Shown here: positions 6,948 to 16,093 of the stretch, one piece after another
Numbering within the stretch: the first letter of the stretch is position 1
Layout of the letters: each line of letters begins with the position of its first letter
Source: an uncultured Kordia sp.
GTDB taxonomy: Bacteria; Bacteroidota; Bacteroidia; Flavobacteriales; Flavobacteriaceae
Reading direction: 5' to 3'
Length of the DNA stretch: 64,000 bases
Assembly: GCF_947496985.1 (NCBI RefSeq)
Contig: NZ_CANMEZ010000014.1
Location: 16,379 to 80,378, forward strand
The notes under the pieces: generated by a model
Seen by the model: the letters and a program-made list of their open reading frames with translations, nothing else
The model's database searches: none
Told to the model about the DNA's origin: nothing
Position numbers and translations under genes: made by a program

Positions 6948-8039
6948 ATGAGTACAACAGCACAACAAAAAAGACCATTAAGAGGGCATAATCGCAGTCA
7001 TATACAAAATGTTCCTGAACACAAAGTTGAATTACCAGCTCCAAAAGTTTCACTACCAAATGATATGTATTTACATACGCCAACGTATGATACAGCTAAT
7101 CCAAATGGATGTTCTACAGAGTGGTGGTGGCATATTGGAACATTAAAGACAGCTACAGGTAGAGTTTTTGGATTTGAAATTAATGCGGCTGCATTTTATC
7201 CATTAGGTTTTACAGAAGTAATGCTTACAGATGTAAAAAATGGAGTTCACTATCACGAAACCAAATCAACATTTTCAGTATCAAAAGATTGGGCAGAAAG
7301 TGATCCGTCAAAACCTTGGAAAGTAAACTTAGAAGATGTATCAATGAGTGCTCCTGAAGCAACAGAGCCAACAAAGAATATGAAAGTTAAGGCATCGTTA
7401 GATGATGCTGCTACCAAAGCAACAGTATCGTTTGATTTGACACTTTCTCAAGAAGGAAAACCATTTTTTGTTTGGGGAACTGGAGAAGCGCCAAATCCGC
7501 CAAAACCAATAAAGTACGATAACAATTTCTACTTTTCGTTAACGCGTATACAAGCAAATGGTACTATTACAATTACTCCTGAAAATGGGACTCCAGAAAT
7601 ACATAATGTAACGGGCGTAACTTGGATGGATCACGAATGGGGAAAATTTGGTAATCATGGAAAAGGAGTGAAGTGGATTTTACAAGATATGCAATTGGAC
7701 AACGGAATTACGATTTCTAGTTATTCAATGAAAACACCAGTACTACACGAAACTAGTTCAGGAGTAGCTACTGTTCAAGTAAGTGCAGAAGGTGGATCGT
7801 TCTTTGTTCCAACAAAATTGAAACCAACCAAATCTACAACTATAGAAGGTAAGGAGTATTTTACAGAAGTATCTGTTGAAGTTGAAGGTCTTGGTTCATT
7901 TGTAGTGAAAACTTTATTCCCTGATCAAGTGTTTGACGGAGGCGTATACGAAGGTGTAGGATCTGTAACAGGCACAGTAACACTAGATGGTGTTACTAGT
8001 GATGTTTCAGGTACGGCATGGCTTGAGCAAACAAATTAA
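6948..8039 (+). CDS. Lipocalin-like / AttH-CrtC hydratase-like domain protein
   Basis: 363 aa. The motifs EWWWHIGTL, GFEINAAAFY and WMDHEWG resemble the AttH/hydroxyneurosporene-synthase-like family. Not verified. Confidence 0.45.
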   Translation: MSTTAQQKRPLRGHNRSHIQNVPEHKVELPAPKVSLPNDMYLHTPTYDTANPNGCSTEWWWHIGTLKTATGRVFGFEINAAAFYPLGFTEVMLTDVKNGVHYHETKSTFSVSKDWAESDPSKPWKVNLEDVSMSAPEATEPTKNMKVKASLDDAATKATVSFDLTLSQEGKPFFVWGTGEAPNPPKPIKYDNNFYFSLTRIQANGTITITPENGTPEIHNVTGVTWMDHEWGKFGNHGKGVKWILQDMQLDNGITISSYSMKTPVLHETSSGVATVQVSAEGGSFFVPTKLKPTKSTTIEGKEYFTEVSVEVEGLGSFVVKTLFPDQVFDGGVYEGVGSVTGTVTLDGVTSDVSGTAWLEQTN

Positions 8040-8207
8040 TAGGGATACATAGTAAGTATTTAATAAAAGATGTTAAAAGCGGGATTTCTTATATAGATGT
8101 CCCGCTTTTTGCATTAAATAAAAACAAATCATATAAGCTCCTTTTGATTTACTTTCTTTTAGTAATTTTGACCCAACCCGTTGTGGCTAATTTAAAACTG
8201 TTTTTTT

Positions 8208-8855
8208 ATGGAAGATGTATACTGCCCAGCATGCAAAGAAGAAATAAAAGGGAAATACTGTTCGGAGTGTGGTACTAAAGGACTTCATAAAAGTGAAATT
8301 GATGGATTAATTGTTAAGAATTGGTGGGAAGAAAAAGATTTGAAACGAGTGGTAGAAAATTCGGAAGTTCAAGATGTCATTAAACATTATTTAGCACAAT
8401 CTAAAAAAAGTATTTCTGCAGATGATTTTCTTCATAAAATGGATACTATATTTTCTCCTTTAACTGGAGTTTCCTTGAAAAAAGTAGCAGAAGTATCACT
8501 TCCAATATATAAAAGACTTGGTGTAAAAACGGGGAAATCTAAAACAGTACATTACACAGATGTAATACAGAAAATGTTACTAAAAATACTTTGTTCGTTA
8601 GCAAAGAACAATTATCCTTTAATTGAAGCCAAACAAGCCGTTAATGGAATGATACTCATTGGAGAAATTCCTTCAGATATGAAAACCTTTGGCGGAGAAG
8701 TTGTAGTTTCTTTAAAAGAAAATGAAGAGGAAATTGAAGTACGTGTTGACGCAAAGATAAAAGGACAACTTTTTGATTGGGGAAAAAGTAAAAGCGTCAT
8801 TAAAAATATTTATAAAGACATTGAAGAGTTCAAATTAGACTTAACTAAACTGTAA
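8208..8855 (+). CDS. Hypothetical protein with N-terminal zinc ribbon
   Basis: 215 aa. The N-terminus carries CPACKEEIKGKYCSECG. Confidence 0.5.
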   Translation: MEDVYCPACKEEIKGKYCSECGTKGLHKSEIDGLIVKNWWEEKDLKRVVENSEVQDVIKHYLAQSKKSISADDFLHKMDTIFSPLTGVSLKKVAEVSLPIYKRLGVKTGKSKTVHYTDVIQKMLLKILCSLAKNNYPLIEAKQAVNGMILIGEIPSDMKTFGGEVVVSLKENEEEIEVRVDAKIKGQLFDWGKSKSVIKNIYKDIEEFKLDLTKL

Positions 8856-8927
8856 AGTAACTATTCAAAGTCATTAATAAATTGTAACATTCAAAACCTT
8901 CTGAGTACATATATACAAAGAAACTGT

Positions 8928-9551
8928 ATGAACGAACTCTTAGCCCTAAACAAATCATTTTTAACAAAAGCCTTCTTTTGGATTAGCGGTATTCTTTCTG
9001 GATTATTTTCTCTGTATGTATATTTCTTTTATGCTGAAATTACGAGCAAGTGGATGCTTATTATATATAGTTTCACTTTAATTATATTGCCTTTATTTAT
9101 AATTTCTGTTTGGAGTTTTGATTGGTTTCGCAAAAGGAGATACAAAAAAAGAATATTAGCTAAAAAACCTTTTTCTGCACTAGAAACAATTGGTTTTACA
9201 CATAAAGTAATAAAATCTAATCATAATAGCTTAGTAGATTATGCACATATTGCCGAAATCAATGAATGTCAAATAGTATTTGATGTAGAAATTAATAAGC
9301 CAAAAATAGCAACCTTTACTATTTACGGACGTACAAGTCATTTAACTACGAAAGAATATGTACAAAAAGCAATGGATTATGAGTATAGTAATATTGAATT
9401 TAGCCCGAGTTCATTCACAAAAAAAATAAATACTAAAAATGAAACTATACAGTCTGTTCAGCAACTCCAAAGTATTTTACAAGAGTTTACTCATATTGTC
9501 AAAAAAGAAAAGTACGAACCTATTGTTATCACAGATACAATGCCCATATAG
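8928..9551 (+). CDS. Hypothetical membrane protein (2 N-terminal TM helices)
   Basis: 207-aa ORF with two hydrophobic N-terminal segments. Confidence 0.45.
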   Translation: MNELLALNKSFLTKAFFWISGILSGLFSLYVYFFYAEITSKWMLIIYSFTLIILPLFIISVWSFDWFRKRRYKKRILAKKPFSALETIGFTHKVIKSNHNSLVDYAHIAEINECQIVFDVEINKPKIATFTIYGRTSHLTTKEYVQKAMDYEYSNIEFSPSSFTKKINTKNETIQSVQQLQSILQEFTHIVKKEKYEPIVITDTMPI

Positions 9552-9629
9552 TTAAATATTGTATTTTGAATAGTATTCCTGTAACGTTTCTAATTTTCTC
9601 AACACTTATATTTCATAAGAATATGCACT

Positions 9630-9782
9630 ATGAAAAGAAAAAATAAATTTTCAGGCTTTATGGAGTCATTCACTTCTTTTGTGAGTGATTATACTCGTTT
9701 TCAAATTATAGCAGCGTTGGTGTTTCTTGTTTTTTTAGTTTTAGCTGTCATCTTCAAGAAGCTATTTGTACATTTATTTTAA
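9630..9782 (+). CDS. Possible 50-aa single-TM protein (not in ORF track)
   Basis: Manual translation gives MKRKNKFSGFMESFTSFVSDYTRFQIIAALVFLVFLVLAVIFKKLFVHLF*. Confidence 0.25.
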   Translation: MKRKNKFSGFMESFTSFVSDYTRFQIIAALVFLVFLVLAVIFKKLFVHLF

Positions 9783-10297
9783 TGATATAAAACGAAGCTT
9801 GCTTTGTTAGTTTCGTAAAATAACACAACATATATTACTTCAATAGTACATCATAGATAACATTCAGCATTTCATTACGTAATTTTGAATTCCTATGATT
9901 TAATAAAATAATAATTCTCCAATTTTTTGCCCTATTATAACATAGCATAGACGATTGTCTCATAGAATCTCCCGATTTTAAATACAATTGCTAAGCTTAT
10001 TTTTTGAAGATATAGTAATGAGGAATACCGCTAAAAATAAAGAGATGAATATTGAAATGTTTACAATCGTAAATAAATAGTTGAAATCCTGCATGTATGT
10101 GAATCGGTTTCGTAGTTTTTAAAACTATAATAAACTTGGATGAAAACAAAATATAAGATGACTATTTGTTGTAATGTAGCATGCTGTTTTTTTTTGAGAA
10201 TTAATATATTTTTAAATTGATCAATTATCAAATCTTCAAATCGCTTCTATTGCTACATTATCAAATTAACGTACTTTTGCAATCAGATTAGAAGACA

Positions 10298-11473
10298 ATG
10301 AGACAAGATAATTTTAAAATGGTTGCCAAAACCTTACATGGTTTTGAAGATTTACTCGAAGACGAACTAAAAAGATTAGGCGCGATGGACATCCGAAAAG
10401 GAACGCGTAACGTTACGTTTAGAGGAGACAAAGGGTTTATGTACAAAGCAAACTTATGCTTACGTACGGCAATTAAGATTTTAAAACCAATTCGCTATTT
10501 TAAAATTAAAAATGAACAAGATTTATACGATCAGGTATATAACATGCATTGGGATAAGTATTTAACGCATAATGATACTTTTGCGATTGATGCTACAGTT
10601 GCTTCAGAACAGTTTACACATTCACAATTTATTGCTTTAAAAACAAAAGATGCAATTGCGGATAAGTTTCGTAATACAGAAGGAAGAAGACCGAATGTAG
10701 ATATTAAATTCCCAACATTACGTATTCATGTACACATTCAAAACAATGATTGTAGTATTTCATTAGATAGTTCTGGTGGTTCACTACACAAACGTGGATA
10801 TAAAACGGCAACGAATATTGCACCAATTAATGAAGTACTAGCAGCAGGTTTAGTGATGTTATCTGGTTGGGACGGACAATCTGATTTGCTCGATCCTATG
10901 TGCGGAAGTGGAACAATTGCTATTGAAGCAGCAATGATTGCATGTAACATTCCTCCAAATATCAATAGAAAAGAATTTGGTTTTGAAAAGTGGCAAGATT
11001 GGGATGTTGATTTGTTTGAAAAAATAGAAGAATCAGCACTAAAAAAGATTCGCGAATTTCACCATGATATTTACGGATATGATAAGGCGCCATCTGCAGT
11101 TCAGAAAGCAAAAGACAATGTTAGAAACGCAAATTTGAGTGATTATATAAAGATTCGTCAGCAAAACTTCTTTGAAACAAAAAAAGAAGGTGATGAAAAG
11201 TTACATATTTTGTTCAATCCGCCATACGGTGAACGTTTACATATTGATATGGAACAATTTTACGCTGAAATAGGTGACACTTTAAAACAAGGATATTCCA
11301 ATACAAATGCATGGTTTATTACTTCAAATTTAGAAGCCTTAAAATTTGTAGGATTACGTCCATCACGTAAAATAAAAGTATTTAACGGTAAGTTAGAATC
11401 ACGTTTGGTAAAATACGAAATGTACGCAGGAAGTAAGAAAGCAAAGTTTCAAAAGAAAAATACAGACGATTAA
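10298..11473 (+). CDS. THUMP-domain class I SAM-dependent RNA methyltransferase (RlmL/RlmK-like N-terminal module)
   Basis: 391 aa. It has the SAM motif DPMCGSGTIAIEAA and the catalytic NPPYGERL. Confidence 0.8.
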   Translation: MRQDNFKMVAKTLHGFEDLLEDELKRLGAMDIRKGTRNVTFRGDKGFMYKANLCLRTAIKILKPIRYFKIKNEQDLYDQVYNMHWDKYLTHNDTFAIDATVASEQFTHSQFIALKTKDAIADKFRNTEGRRPNVDIKFPTLRIHVHIQNNDCSISLDSSGGSLHKRGYKTATNIAPINEVLAAGLVMLSGWDGQSDLLDPMCGSGTIAIEAAMIACNIPPNINRKEFGFEKWQDWDVDLFEKIEESALKKIREFHHDIYGYDKAPSAVQKAKDNVRNANLSDYIKIRQQNFFETKKEGDEKLHILFNPPYGERLHIDMEQFYAEIGDTLKQGYSNTNAWFITSNLEALKFVGLRPSRKIKVFNGKLESRLVKYEMYAGSKKAKFQKKNTDD

Positions 11474-11485
11474 AATAGACAACAG

Positions 11486-11713
11486 ATGAAACCAAAAACA
11501 AAAGCATTGCTATTTAATTTTGTAGCGTTTATGGCGCTCTTTTTAGTATTTCGTTTTACTTTAGGATATATTATTCCGATAAGTGGATTATGGTTGTCTT
11601 TACTTTGTGCAGTAATTGCAAGTGTACTTGCTCCTAAGTTTGCAGTCGTAAACAATGGAGGAAAAGAAAAAGTAATGATGAAAAGTTTATTTGGTGATGG
11701 GAGAGAGGTATGA
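11486..11713 (+). CDS. Small membrane protein
   Basis: 75 aa with two hydrophobic helices. It overlaps the next ORF by 4 nt (ATGA). Confidence 0.4.
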   Translation: MKPKTKALLFNFVAFMALFLVFRFTLGYIIPISGLWLSLLCAVIASVLAPKFAVVNNGGKEKVMMKSLFGDGREV

Positions 11714-12315
11714 TGTTTCGTAAAATATATCTTGCTTTTTTAAGTGCATGTTTTCTTTTGATATCTTGTGTGTCAACAAAAACAAGCATTTCTTCACAGG
11801 TGACTCATCATGAATCAGCTACATATGAATTTCTCCCAATGTTTATATGTCATAATGCGAAGTTTCTAAAACAACATCATATAGAAGAAGAGTTTGGTAA
11901 GATAAAAGAATTTACGGTATCTGAAACTCAAGTTATATATAATGAAACTGTTATTGTTGATCTAGATCAATTCGATAAAAAGTATTCTTATTTAGTAGAT
12001 TATTTTAAAGATGCAAGAGGCAAATACTTGATCATTTCTGAAGTGAGTTCAAACGAGTTACAATCAAGTTCAGATTTTAATACTTTGTCTAGAAAGAAAC
12101 TTTTTATCTGCGATTTATCCACAAGAAAAAAATATACATACAATTATACTTCTTCTAGTAGTGGGCTTATTTTGCCAAAAAGATATTATGAAACACTTAG
12201 ATATGGTATTACTATAAAATCAATAGACACTGTAAAAAAGTTGCTTGTATTTGAAAAAGATATGAATAGTGTGAATACTATAAAAGTTCCAATGGTTGAG
12301 GTTACTTCGTTTTAA
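11710..12315 (+). CDS. Putative lipoprotein
   Basis: 201 aa with a signal peptide ending LLISC (lipobox-like). Confidence 0.5.
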   Translation: MMFRKIYLAFLSACFLLISCVSTKTSISSQVTHHESATYEFLPMFICHNAKFLKQHHIEEEFGKIKEFTVSETQVIYNETVIVDLDQFDKKYSYLVDYFKDARGKYLIISEVSSNELQSSSDFNTLSRKKLFICDLSTRKKYTYNYTSSSSGLILPKRYYETLRYGITIKSIDTVKKLLVFEKDMNSVNTIKVPMVEVTSF

Positions 12316-12406
12316 ATAACACATTGTAATTTATAAGCCTCCAATTATGATGTTTTAAACTTCAGTTTTCTAGTATTTTTAGTTGTCTTTTAAATAGCGG
12401 TAATCG

Positions 12407-13462
12407 TTATTTTGTTAGGTTGTTAAGTCCGTTATATCTTTTTACTTTTCTTCTCTTTCTTGTCGATTTCCTTATTTTTCGTTTTACCATCTTAGACGAT
12501 TGTGCAGTATCATCATCACTTGAATCAGACATATCTTCTAACATTTCTATAGTTGATAACGGCATAGTCATTTTCCTTGCGCGCATTTTCTTCCAGGCAC
12601 CAGTTCCACCCATTTTTGCGCCTCCATCTTTTGCCCAAGTAGGAACATAAGCTCCATTTTTCCGATTAAAGGTCTTTTTCATTCCTTTTCTTTTCGCATA
12701 TCTTATTGCGGCTCTTTCAGGTTTTCCTCCCACAGGATTTCGTTCATTGTGAGGCTCAGCAGCTGTTAACAGCCCGCTAAATAAAGATGCAGATGCTTTT
12801 GATTTTGTAGATAGTTTCAGGCTCGAAGGTTTTACAGGTTGTACATTAGACATATATGTTCCTGTTTCGTCTAAGATTTCTTTCTCTTTTCCACTGCTTG
12901 TTATGTTTTTATGTATGTCATCATAATTTGTTTTTGGTAACGCCTTTCTGTTGGGCCATTCTTTCTTATCCAAATTCGCATATGGTTGTGTGCTGTACAT
13001 TCCTCTTCCTAACCTGATCGAACCAAATGGTGTTTTATGAATTACCCTATTATCTACATGACTTTTCTTTCCTTTTTTTCTATTGGTATAATCAATTCTA
13101 GCTTCATCGTGTCCTCTCTTAGTTCCCTTTTTTCGTGCTTTTTGTCTCTTTGTAGCACGATCTAATCTATCCAACATCTCTTTTTCGCGCTCTTCTTTTG
13201 TTTTCTCCTTTTTCTTGCCAAGTTGTATAACTGTATTTCCTCCTATAATAGAATTACTTGATCCATATGCCGTTGCATGTAATTGAGCAACATGCTTAGA
13301 GTGACGGCTGTTGTTAGCCATTTTTTGTTGTTTTCTTTGAACTGTAGCTTCAGGTCTATTATCAATTAACTGAAAAGGAGACGTTCCACTCTTTTTTTGA
13401 GAAACAGTATTGGCAACTGATTGATTTTTATGTTGTTGTTGTTGACCAGCATAAGTATTCAT
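12407..13462 (-). CDS. Highly basic (Lys/Arg-rich) hypothetical protein with N-terminal DNRPEA..QRK motif
   Basis: 351 aa. The N-terminus reads ...SPFQLIDNRPEATVQRKQQKMANNS.... The body is very K/R-rich with an acidic patch (EDMSDSSDDD) and a basic tail (RKIRKSTRKRRKVKR). No signal peptide. Confidence 0.6.
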   Translation of the reverse strand: MNTYAGQQQQHKNQSVANTVSQKKSGTSPFQLIDNRPEATVQRKQQKMANNSRHSKHVAQLHATAYGSSNSIIGGNTVIQLGKKKEKTKEEREKEMLDRLDRATKRQKARKKGTKRGHDEARIDYTNRKKGKKSHVDNRVIHKTPFGSIRLGRGMYSTQPYANLDKKEWPNRKALPKTNYDDIHKNITSSGKEKEILDETGTYMSNVQPVKPSSLKLSTKSKASASLFSGLLTAAEPHNERNPVGGKPERAAIRYAKRKGMKKTFNRKNGAYVPTWAKDGGAKMGGTGAWKKMRARKMTMPLSTIEMLEDMSDSSDDDTAQSSKMVKRKIRKSTRKRRKVKRYNGLNNLTK

Positions 13463-13617
13463 GTTTTTCCTTTTTAGATTTTGGGCAATTTTAAGCTATT
13501 AATTAGCTTTTCTAAAATTAAGATAAAATTTACATATTTACAATGCGTGTAACTACGTATGTTCTTTGTTCTTTTGTGCCAATAGTTCCATGGTGAGGTA
13601 GTATATATTTATAAATG

Positions 13618-14592
13618 CTATTTTAATTTTTCTAAAAACAAAAACAACTGATCTCTTGCATCTTTTTTTGCTTTGGTATCACCTTCTATGGTTCCGCCAA
13701 ATTCAAATTCGTAAGTCTTTCCATCAATAGTCATGTTTCCAGTTGTGATACTTGAATTGATATCAGGATGTGTAGAAATTAAATGACCTGCATTATCATA
13801 TTGTATGTTTTTAAAGTCATACTTAAAATTAGCTGTTTTAATTCTTTCAGCTAACATATCAGCCATGGTTGCCGCTGGCCAAACTTGATCATCTAAACCA
13901 GAAAACAACAAAATGGGACCTTTACTATTTTCAATCTTAATAATTGCTTTTGCTACTTTGTTTGTTTTAGTTAAACCATTTTCCCAATATGGTAATGTTT
14001 GAATTTTTGCAGTATTGTTTCCCTGAATTTTATTCATTGGTACATAGGGAATAGCTATTCCTTTGTATTTCCAACTTGGTTTTATTGTATTAGCACTGTA
14101 CGGGAGCACGGTATTTGACCAACTTACAGCACTTGGTGCATATGCTACAACACCATGAATATATTCCGGAAATGTAGTAGCAAGTACCAACGCTAATTCT
14201 GCATTTCTTGAAGCGCCCATTACTACAATTTTGTCCGAATTTACAGCTGATTGTTTTGAAAGCCATTTGAATGCTTTTTCAAAATATTCAAGATTGATTT
14301 CTTCAGCTAATTTGGGTAAACCTTCTCTTCGTGTATAGGGTAATGATAGGCTTGCATACCCTTTTTTTGAAATTTGTTCTGCCCAATAATCGCCCCATTG
14401 TCCACCACCAATTAGTATAACTGTTGGTTGCGATTGCGTATCATTTTTAGCATAATAGTTTCCTTGAAAACCATTTTTATGTATAGCTTTTGCTTTAACA
14501 CCATTATATAAAAAATGATCAGCAATAAAATATCCAAATATGAATACTGCAATAATTCCTATAATAAAACTGTATTTTTTGCTATTTTTCAT
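13618..14592 (-). CDS. Alpha/beta hydrolase, BAAT / acyl-CoA thioester hydrolase C-terminal-domain-like
   Basis: 324 aa with an N-terminal TM/signal. The nucleophile-elbow-like VVMGASRNAELAL and overall layout resemble the BAAT_C/dienelactone hydrolase family. Confidence 0.55.
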   Translation of the reverse strand: MKNSKKYSFIIGIIAVFIFGYFIADHFLYNGVKAKAIHKNGFQGNYYAKNDTQSQPTVILIGGGQWGDYWAEQISKKGYASLSLPYTRREGLPKLAEEINLEYFEKAFKWLSKQSAVNSDKIVVMGASRNAELALVLATTFPEYIHGVVAYAPSAVSWSNTVLPYSANTIKPSWKYKGIAIPYVPMNKIQGNNTAKIQTLPYWENGLTKTNKVAKAIIKIENSKGPILLFSGLDDQVWPAATMADMLAERIKTANFKYDFKNIQYDNAGHLISTHPDINSSITTGNMTIDGKTYEFEFGGTIEGDTKAKKDARDQLFLFLEKLK

Positions 14593-14673
14593 GTGACTAG
14601 TTTAGTTATATGTACAAATGAATGATTGTCTTTATATGAGTGTACATAGAAACTGGAATGTTACATGTTTAGT

Positions 14674-15243
14674 TTATTTTAGAGGGATTTGTAGTTTTTT
14701 CTTTATGAGTAATTTAATTTCTAATTCAGTATCCAGAAAACATTCTAAATAAAAATCTTTTTCATATTTCATGAACCAACTATTTTGATTTAGGTCTTCG
14801 CAGATTGTTTTTACATATCTACTTATAAGTGCTATTAATGCGATCTTTACTTCTTTATTATACTTGTTGAAGTTTGGGAATACTCTAAATAAATTCCATT
14901 GTATACTTTCAAACTTACCTGTATTAGGTTTATATTTAATATTTCTGCTATTCCTGTTTGTAGCACCATATTCAACCTTAACTAAAGCAGTATTAGTATT
15001 GGTTTTAAAATTAATTTTAATACCTACAATTATTTCAGGTTCTCTAAGAAAAATAATTCCTCCAGCAAATGTTTTTAGAACATGATATTTTCCTTTGGAT
15101 TTGAATAATTCAAAATCATCTTTAAGTAATAACGTATGATTTTGTTCCGTTTTTGAGGAAATGATATCAAATGCAGTATTCAATCCTTTAGTAAGATTTT
15201 TGCTGCTTCTTGAAAAGTCAATACTTTCTATTTCCTCAATCAA
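14674..15243 (-). CDS. Hypothetical protein
   Basis: 189-aa ORF with no motif recognised. The antisense ORF 14864-15085 is judged a shadow. Confidence 0.45.
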   Translation of the reverse strand: MIEEIESIDFSRSSKNLTKGLNTAFDIISSKTEQNHTLLLKDDFELFKSKGKYHVLKTFAGGIIFLREPEIIVGIKINFKTNTNTALVKVEYGATNRNSRNIKYKPNTGKFESIQWNLFRVFPNFNKYNKEVKIALIALISRYVKTICEDLNQNSWFMKYEKDFYLECFLDTELEIKLLIKKKLQIPLK

Positions 15244-15265
15244 TGTTTTTATCTTTATTCAAATA

Positions 15266-15565
15266 TTAATTGTTTGTTGTTTTATCTCTTTTTCCGTAAA
15301 ACTTAACTAAAATATTTCCAAAAATGAAATACAACACTAGTACCGTAACTGCGCCTATTAAATAACCATTTTCTAAGAATTTTGAATATTCATAATTATA
15401 ACAAAATATACTTATCGCTATTATAAATTGCAGCACAGCATAACTTATATTTCCTTTTGAAGTATAGCCAAACATTCCGAGGAAATGAGTTTTAGTAAGT
15501 CCAAAAATTAGATGAGGTATTGCATTCGCAATTAAAGCACCAATGATAAAATCGATCAGATTCAT
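15266..15565 (-). CDS. Small integral membrane protein
   Basis: 99 aa with 3 hydrophobic helices. It has a 4-nt overlap with the upstream HD gene. Confidence 0.45.
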   Translation of the reverse strand: MNLIDFIIGALIANAIPHLIFGLTKTHFLGMFGYTSKGNISYAVLQFIIAISIFCYNYEYSKFLENGYLIGAVTVLVLYFIFGNILVKFYGKRDKTTNN

Positions 15566-16071
15566 TCTTTTAATAAATTTTCCAAATATTGAATTACATC
15601 CATATACTTATCATCATGTAACTTTTCAACAAACGCAGGATTTTCTTTTCTGTATACAGCTAACATTCTACTACTTGTATTTTTAGAATGTGTTACATTG
15701 GCAATACGATCGCATAGTTTTATAAAGATAGCGTAAGGTGTATTTCTGATACCTTCATAGTATTTGTCCCCAGCGCGTTCACTTCGTGTTTTTCCTTTGT
15801 CATTGGTTAATGCATAAGCTAACTCTGCAATATCTTCATTTAATGCTTTTTTTACATCATTATAAGTTTCACGTGCATCTTCAATAACATCGTGAACCCA
15901 ACAACCTGCTAACACATTTTGCTGTGCTTCTTCTGGAATTAAATATAGAAATTGATTTGCAGCATTGACAACCATTTGCAAATGAAATTCATACGGATAT
16001 TGATCATACATATGATTTGCATCGCGATGTTTTTCTGAAGCGTATACACGTGCTTTTTCGTGAATCGTCAT
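15562..16071 (-). CDS. HD domain-containing phosphohydrolase
   Basis: 169 aa with the H..HD motif (WVHDVIED). Confidence 0.7.
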   Translation of the reverse strand: MTIHEKARVYASEKHRDANHMYDQYPYEFHLQMVVNAANQFLYLIPEEAQQNVLAGCWVHDVIEDARETYNDVKKALNEDIAELAYALTNDKGKTRSERAGDKYYEGIRNTPYAIFIKLCDRIANVTHSKNTSSRMLAVYRKENPAFVEKLHDDKYMDVIQYLENLLKE

Positions 16072-16093
16072 AAATAAATATGTTTTTCTGCGA

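Noticed and set aside
6809-6991. 60-aa ORF overlapping the start of 6948-8039. Similar short ORFs: 3903-4175, 39499-39834 and 39918-40103.
   Set aside because: They are short and overlap better-supported genes or promoter regions. No motifs were recognised.
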